In this document: positions 53,118 through 64,000 of the stretch, one piece after another
How positions within the stretch are numbered: the stretch's first letter is position 1
Layout of the letters: each line of letters begins with the position of its first letter
Assembly (NCBI GenBank): GCA_964035545.1
Contig: OZ037766.1
Span: 17,072,881 to 17,136,880 of the forward strand
Length of the DNA stretch: 64,000 nucleotides
Direction: 5' to 3'
Source: Bugula neritina
Lineage: Eukaryota > Animalia > Bryozoa
Notes under the pieces: model-generated
Database searches by the model: none
What the model was told of the DNA's origin: nothing
Seen by the model: only the letters and a program-made list of their open reading frames with translations
Made by a program: the position numbers and the translations under genes

Positions 53118-55772
53118 CTACAGTTCTTCATGAGCCGGGTGGTCATTGGCTGGTGGATTATTGCACAGTTTATTAAAGTTACAATAGTGAACATACTGAT
53201 AATAGTGATACTCAAAGTCACTAATACTAACAGCTACTTTATCAGTGAAGGGTAGTGGCATTATTTGCTCATTCACCATAATCTGTAGCATGTGTGACTG
53301 AAGGTCCTGAGGCCAATCAGGGTGGCTAGCCTGTGCCCCTTCCTCACATTCGTACAAGGTAAATCCAATATTAGCTGCGAATGGACTAATTATGCTGCTG
53401 CGGAACTTTCTGTTTTCCTTGTGTTGAAGGAAGTTAGAAGCAGTGAGCGGCTTTTCGTCTAAGAAGAGACCTAGTAGTGAGTAGAGGGGAAGCAGGGTCT
53501 CAGTGTGTCCAAAGTACAGCGACACGGCTGGTGCACTGCAATAGTTAAGGGCAACATATGTAAAAAAAATCGTTGACTCGAGAAAAATTGCCATTGAAAT
53601 TGTATCCGTACCACATGGCAAATACATCATGTTTCAAAGTAATCAACATAGCAACAGTGCTTAGACAATTCATCAAATCTTCATCAATGCTTTATTCTAT
53701 GGAAATGCATATGCAAAGTCTTATCAACAGTTTAAAGGCAATAACACACATGATACTTGTACTTTTACGGGTATTTGCAAGCTCATTATATTTACAACAT
53801 ATTTTATGTCACAGCAATTAATGCATTTACCTAGAATTGGAAATGATTTCCTGAAAGTTGGTGAAAATATCAGTAAGTAGAGGACAACTCTGTTCATAAT
53901 TGATGGTGTATCCAAAACCTTTCTTCCAATATGCCTGCAGGGTAAAACACTTGGCTAAAGAGCTAGTATTCCAAATTTCAATAAACTTTTATAAAATTTT
54001 AGAAAAATGATTGCAATACAAGTTATCTTGATATTAAATTTAAACATCTTGATGTTTGAAAAACTACTAATATTCATACTAAGTAGACTATATTAAATAT
54101 AATATAATATGAATATAATATAATGCTCAATTTTTAAAGCATTGGTTTCATTTAAAAAAATATGTTTCTCAATAGATCCAATATGCAAAGTATTTGTGAC
54201 TAGAGAAAGCACCTTGAGATCTTGTGCATACTCCAGCACCTGTGAGTCTTCAGTTGTAAGCAAATGACACCAAGGAGAGTCATAGCCTGGGCCAAGTAAT
54301 GCTTTTTCAAAACCACACAATACCCACATTATCCTCACTTCCTCTGTAACATCAACCAGTGCATAAAGAGACCACTATACTAAAAGGCAGGCAGCTTTAG
54401 TTAATTAGACAAGTGGCCCCTCGGTCCAGGAGATGAAAGCAATTACAGAGTCAACATACAACTCTATTAAACAAAGGTAGCACTCATAAGCCTGCAGGTA
54501 TTAAGCACTGCTCTAAGTAACAAGTGCCTCACACTGCACTTGAAAATCCGCTCAAGTTGTCTCAAAAGGTTCCTATTTATTGCTGAGAAATGCCAGGAAT
54601 CACCAAAATGCTATCTAGAAAAATTGCCTTCAATTCAATGCTTGTGATACAATAAGAGAAAACCATATTGCCTTATACCAATTGTGAAGGAGTTTTCATT
54701 TTCTGAAATGTTGAGTCGAGAATTAACTCTCTTGGTTACTGCAAGTGCTTCAGGACCTGAGTAAAATTTGGTCACTTCGGCCATTGATTGATCTCTTCTG
54801 TAGTCATTGACCTCCTACAACATCACTTGGCATTTACATTTCAACAAAACAAATAATAATTGGAGTAAAATTTTTACTGGCCACTATTAGCAGTAGCAAC
54901 GTTGTGGCCATGATGATACATAAAGCTGCGCACAACATACATAATACATTGCAAAATATAACCTTCAGCATGCAGTTCTATATGGTACTAACATATCATT
55001 TGTATTAGTTATATACAATATATACAAATATATGCAGATTAATCAATATATGCAACATAGCACAACATCCATAAAATTGAAAGTTATATTTCTGTAGCAT
55101 AGGACACTTAGATTATGCTGAAGAATCACTTACTGAATAGGCATAGCTAGAACAAATTTCGTAAAACCTCATCAAATCATTTCGGAATTCCATTCTTGAC
55201 GACAATTCCTTAGTGTTAACAGGCAGCCCATCGGCTATTCCATCAAGGAAAGCTAAAGCACTTGACTTTGTTCTCTCTTTGTCACTAGATATCAGCTCCA
55301 CAGCATCGGCATTTGGTAGCAAGTCGTTCAGTAGTGCCGCAAACCGAGATGCAATCACCCGTAACTCTTCTTTACCAGATTGTGAAAGCTTACTAGCATT
55401 TTCAGCAGCAAAAGTATTCTTCCATTTTTTCAAGGCATCAGTTTTGCTGTTACTACCAATAAATTTTAATTTCTCTTTCAGTTTTGCTATCTTCTTTGTA
55501 TCTCCTTTACTAGGATATCGAGTGCCGTGACGAAGGAACAAACTGAACTGCTTAGGTTTGCACTGGTTAGGGTGAATAGCTGGAGAGGAGCTAGGTTTTA
55601 AAGTTTCTTGAGAAAGCTGTGAAGTACCATGGAGATATTTGCTAAGGGAATTTTTTGCAATATTGTAGGCTGTTTTGGTGCCAAAAAGTAGCTCGTGTTG
55701 AAGCAATGGAGATGAGGCCTGGCCATCAACACTCAAGAAAATGCTGAAAAGTAGCAGTAAGCTTCCCTGCAT
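53118..55772 (-). CDS. MINPP1: Multiple inositol polyphosphate phosphatase 1 paralogue A (histidine phosphatase branch 2), ER-retained type; 5 coding exons
   Basis: Approximate exons: 55133-55772 (signal peptide, FGTKTAY, RHGTRYP, LMRFYEIC), 54680-54812, 54213-54343 (LCGFE..SPWC..LEYAQDLK), 53832-53934 (YWKKGFG..SCPL), 53118-53537 (FGHTET, PFAANI, MVNE, C-terminal HEEL). Confidence 0.93.
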
Positions 55773-57255
55773 CTTGTGATGTTGCACGTTCTTTTCAACC
55801 TGCAAATTATTATAGTTCTTTACTTCAAATTATTTAATTATACATTGTGCAATATACCATACTTATACACTTAATGAACAAACATGCATAAGATCAAATA
55901 CATAAATAAAACTTTCTTTAAAATGATAAACAGGATAATTAGTATTACCATCACCATGCACATGTAATTGAAAAAGAACATAAGTTGGTACTATTAGAAT
56001 AACAGCGACGCCCAGTAGGCTATTTCCCTATGACTGTTCATTCAGATGCTGTTCGTCTCATGTGCAGCATAAAAGGACAAAAATATGTGAAGTTGGATAA
56101 GGATAAAGTTAAACTAGGGATAAAACTACTAACATGAAGAAGAAATACTCATATATGTTTGCTTCCTAAGATTTTATCTAAAGAGGTATATGCCCAGCAC
56201 TCGCTGGATCATATGAGCACCTGGGTAAAAAAATTGCCAACAGGTCAGAATGGGTCTCATACTTAAAGAATGTCCAATCAATTAGTACAAACCAAAGCAA
56301 AATATTACAATAATTTTTTTGTTACAGACAATTAGTGACTTGAATATTAGATTAAATATAACACTGGCCCATACTGCACTTTAACCACAGACAGGCTAAC
56401 CAGGTCTATTTTGAATTCTTTAATTTCCATACACATATTTTTGAATGTATATTTACTGACTTCAGATGCATACAATAAACATGTAACTGGTGATTAAAAC
56501 TGTGGCACACCCCTTCTACCCAACAGGGTGGTTTAGTGTGAACAAAAATTTGACATGCATCGACAGGTATTGCTTATTAATTTTATTAACAATGATTACT
56601 GATACTGATAGTGATGTCAATTGTCTTTAACGTCAACAGTAATACTAATACTGATAACAATGATTGTAGGATTAACTTTTTCATCTGATGTTCATGGTGA
56701 CACACTATTACTATATTTATACTATAATTAGCATTATGATCATCGACTTTCTCATTAAATTTATAGTTATTTATGAAATAAAACGTAACAATACAACACA
56801 CTGAAACTTCAAATATAACAATGACTATCACCATTACATTTACTATGAGTATGATTCAGTAACAATATGACTATGGTATGAGTATCACTGATGAGTGGTG
56901 AGTATGATTATGACTTATGATTATCAGTATGAGTATGACCGTACGTGTAAGACCAAGTGCATGAGTGTCAGTATTACTATTTAATTAGTATAGCTATAAA
57001 TCGAAGTCTATCTTTTACTTTAAGCTTTATTAGTTAGACTTACTCCTAATCACTATAATTATCACTATCAGTATCAGTATCACGATCGCCATAACTATCA
57101 CTATCACTATGATTCTCACTCTTACTCTTAGTCTTATAGTTATATTTATAGTTATAGGCTGCAAGATCAAATTAAAGTCAAAGTCAGTTGGCCAGTATGA
57201 TTATCATTTATGACTTAGATTGTGAGTATGAGTATTAGTTTTAGCGTCAAAGCCA

Positions 57256-57355
57256 TTATGATTATCATTATCATTATGATTATCATTATCATTATGATTA
57301 TCATTATCATTATGATTATCATTATCATTATGATTATCATTATCATTATGATTAT
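57256..57355. repeat. (ATTATGATTATCATTATC)n minisatellite
   Basis: Directly visible 18-bp unit, about 5 copies. Confidence 0.9.
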
Positions 57356-57569
57356 TCAGTTTCACTTTGACTTTGACTTTCAGTAGAAACTGAAAGACTT
57401 GCTAAAACGTAAATTATACTAATACCAATAGCTATAGTAGAAACACCAACTAAACGTAAATTATATACTAATAGACTTGCAGTAAATGTAATTGTAATAG
57501 TAATAATAACACTATAATACTAATAGTAATAGTAAGACTATCACTATCATACTGACTATCAGTATCAGT

Positions 57570-57730
57570 ATGGCGTTTTTCAGAAGTACGGCCTCTTTGA
57601 AGATGGGTGCGGCCTATGTCTCTAGGTGCGTCACCTATCCAAACTCTGGATAGACCATGTGAAATTCAGCCAATCAGGAGTGTGTTTTGATATCTCACCG
57701 TTGCAACTTGAAGGTTCTGCACGCTCAAAT
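57570..57730. promoter_or_regulatory. Candidate bidirectional promoter core for the MINPP1 pair
   Basis: Local GC/CpG-enriched patch between the divergent genes, with a CRE-like TGCGTCA and an AGCCAATCAG CCAAT box. Function is inferred, not shown. Confidence 0.4.
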
Positions 57731-57922
57731 GCAAGATACGTGTTTCTAAGAAATATTTGTGCAACTTTTGTTGCATGCAATACTTTATTTCATATCTTAA
57801 ATTTATGATTCTAAAATTTACTTTTCAAAGTTTAGAAATAAGTGTTTAGAAAATGCAAGTTTAAACTGACACGCCTGCAAAAATGCCCTGACAGTGCTAC
57901 ACCATAGGTATTCATCAGGACT

Positions 57923-58009
57923 ATATGTATATATGTATGTATATATGTATGTATATATGTATATATATATGTATATATATATGTATATATATATGTATAT
58001 ATATATGTA

Positions 58010-58071
<62 letters not shown>
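57923..58071. repeat. (TATATG)n/(TA)n microsatellite
   Basis: Directly visible. Confidence 0.96.
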
Positions 58072-58075
<4 letters not shown>

Positions 58076-58110
58076 AGGAAAAGAGCAATTTAATTATATA
58101 GATGTTGTTT

Positions 58111-58161
58111 TATTGTACTACTAATAGTTTCATGCCTCTTCGGCACTCCTCAGGCACAATA
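58111..58161 (-). ncRNA. Second minimal type I hammerhead ribozyme (different family)
   Basis: The minus strand reads TATTGTGC-CTGAGGA-GTGCC GAAGA GGCAT-GAAA-CT ATT AG-TA-GTACAATA. This gives an 8-bp stem I (one G.U), a CUGANGA core, a 5-bp stem II, GAAA, a 3-bp stem III and a GUA triplet. Confidence 0.75.
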
Positions 58162-58943
58162 TTGTGCTAGCTATAGAAGTTAACTTGTTTTTATGAATTT
58201 CTTTTATACTGACCAGTAGCACTCACTATACGCTTTCTTTCTAGTCAAAATTAGGTAACTATAATACTTTGAAGTAGTTATAAATAGTCTCATTTACAGG
58301 CAACAAATATGCATAAAATGTCTTGTTAATTGATTTATTATTCTTCGTATCAAATATTCAGTTTTTGGCAATTTGCAGCTATATGGAACAAAATTGAAAC
58401 TATTTTTGCTTGAAAGTTATAACATATATGTATTTCGAAATAGTTCTTGTGCTAGTTCAAGTAATTATAACTAAGATCACAACTTAAAATTACCAAAGAG
58501 CAGGCCTGGAATATAAATTGATTTAATAGATTATGTGACTTTACTTCTTGTGTGTATATATATGTATACATATTATGATATTGAGCATATTATTGTAAAG
58601 CAACAGCCACTCATGCAGAAAAATGCTGGATTGCAAACTTGTGCCTTTATCAGTGTGGAATGTTATTCAAATCACTTTCATGTTGGACTAATGCTTTGTG
58701 CTATCTTTATATCACTTATTAGGTGTTATTCACTCATCCATATTTAGCTCTAATTCTATTAAAACAAACTTGCAGAAGTTCGAGACCTGACCCAATGCTT
58801 ATTTACCAATGCAAATGATATGATGGTGTAGTATCATTAGCTAAATGGATTATACATTATAAGTGATAAATGATATATAAAACCAAGTAGGTCAACAGCT
58901 TTGTATTATCTACTAGCATACTTGCACACAGCCAGTTGCTGCA

Positions 58944-62932
<3,989 letters not shown>

Positions 62933-63941
62933 ATAGCAGAATAGGTTTCAATACTGTAAACCTTTGCAATACAATGAACTTGTTTCAATAAACTATAAAG
63001 CTGATAATTTCTCAGCTAATATCATTGTGATTACATACTTTGATAATTTTGCTGATTTTTTATTGTATTTGTTACTGTGGCTATACTTGTTAACTTTGCT
63101 TTACATGTATGCAAATTTATGATCTGTATAACGAATGAGAACTAATCTTATATTAAAGAAATTGCAAACCAAGCTATATCATTTTATAGGCATATGTTAA
63201 GGTATTTTGCCTTGCATATAGTATGCAGTCGCTGTAATAGTTATAATAATAATTAATAATACTTTTTATATAAATTGGAACCTATTAGTGGACTGCAAAA
63301 TTTTCTTTAATTATTGCTGGTCATTTTATCTTGCCATAGTAAATAAATGAAAGTATCGCATAACTAATATGTTATTCATATGCTATATATTATCAGATAA
63401 TTTTTATATTACATATGATCAACTAGTAGGCTTACATCTTGTCTATGTATGAGTGTGCCACTAAAGTGACATGCGGTAAGGGAATCGTTATACAAATATT
63501 TGGATTGTAGTTTTTGTAGTTTATATTGATAGCATGATATGGAATGATAAAAAGTAATCAAGTAGGGTAGAATCTGAATATAATGTTATTAAACATCAGT
63601 TAAATATTATTTATCTCATAAATATAAAATACTTTGAAGTATTTATAGTTAAGTTGCGTTGGCTAACAAAAAGTGGCATTGCAAAAATCAGGTAGCTCTA
63701 GAAATGTACATGTATATTCAAGTTACTACTATCTAGACTTTAGAACAACAGATTTTGTTTTGTCTATAGGATATAGCTTTAGTGTCACTGCCACTACTAT
63801 ATAATTCATGATTTTCCTTCTGATGCTCAAAAATACATTGTATAATGTAGATTTAAAAGTTATCTTCTTGTTACTAACTAGGGAAACAATTTCATCATCT
63901 TATTCTTCTTCATCAATATCTTCCAATGCTATCCGATGGTC

Positions 63942-63957
63942 CCTCTCTCTCTCTCTT

Positions 63958-64000
<43 letters not shown>
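63942..64000. repeat. (CT)n microsatellite running off the window end
   Basis: Directly visible. Confidence 0.95.

Noticed and set aside
57880-57925. Third hammerhead-like motif on the minus strand (CTGATGA plus stem ATACC/GGTGT)
   Set aside because: GAAA is replaced by AGCA and there is no stem I partner or proper cleavage triplet. At best a decayed relic.

Overview
AT-rich genomic DNA from an invertebrate animal (spliceosomal GT-AG introns, microsatellites, decayed LINEs and MITEs; the taxon cannot be fixed from sequence alone). About 544-40755 on the minus strand is one very large multi-exon cadherin gene. It has roughly 40 small exons and more than 20 EC repeats, its 5' end was not located, and it runs off the left edge. 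Two complete genes sit in its introns: an intronless NDUFA4/COXFA4-like gene on the opposite strand (2969-3259) and an 11-exon secreted CBM+GH10 xylanase-like gene on the SAME strand (15262-11124). To the right are decayed LINEs, a single-coding-exon TACO1 (50875-51738), and a head-to-head pair of MINPP1 paralogues: one ends in an ER-retrieval HEEL, the other has a GPI-like tail and an altered catalytic motif. The most striking unannotated system is RNA-based. A complete type I hammerhead ribozyme (26827-26884) sits in a 272-nt highly structured repeat unit bracketed by (TA)n, the layout of a Penelope-associated non-LTR retrozyme. A degenerate sister copy lies 600 bp away. A second hammerhead with different stem sequences lies on the minus strand at 58111-58161, between the MINPP1 genes. 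Exon coordinates were read by eye and may be off by a few bases.
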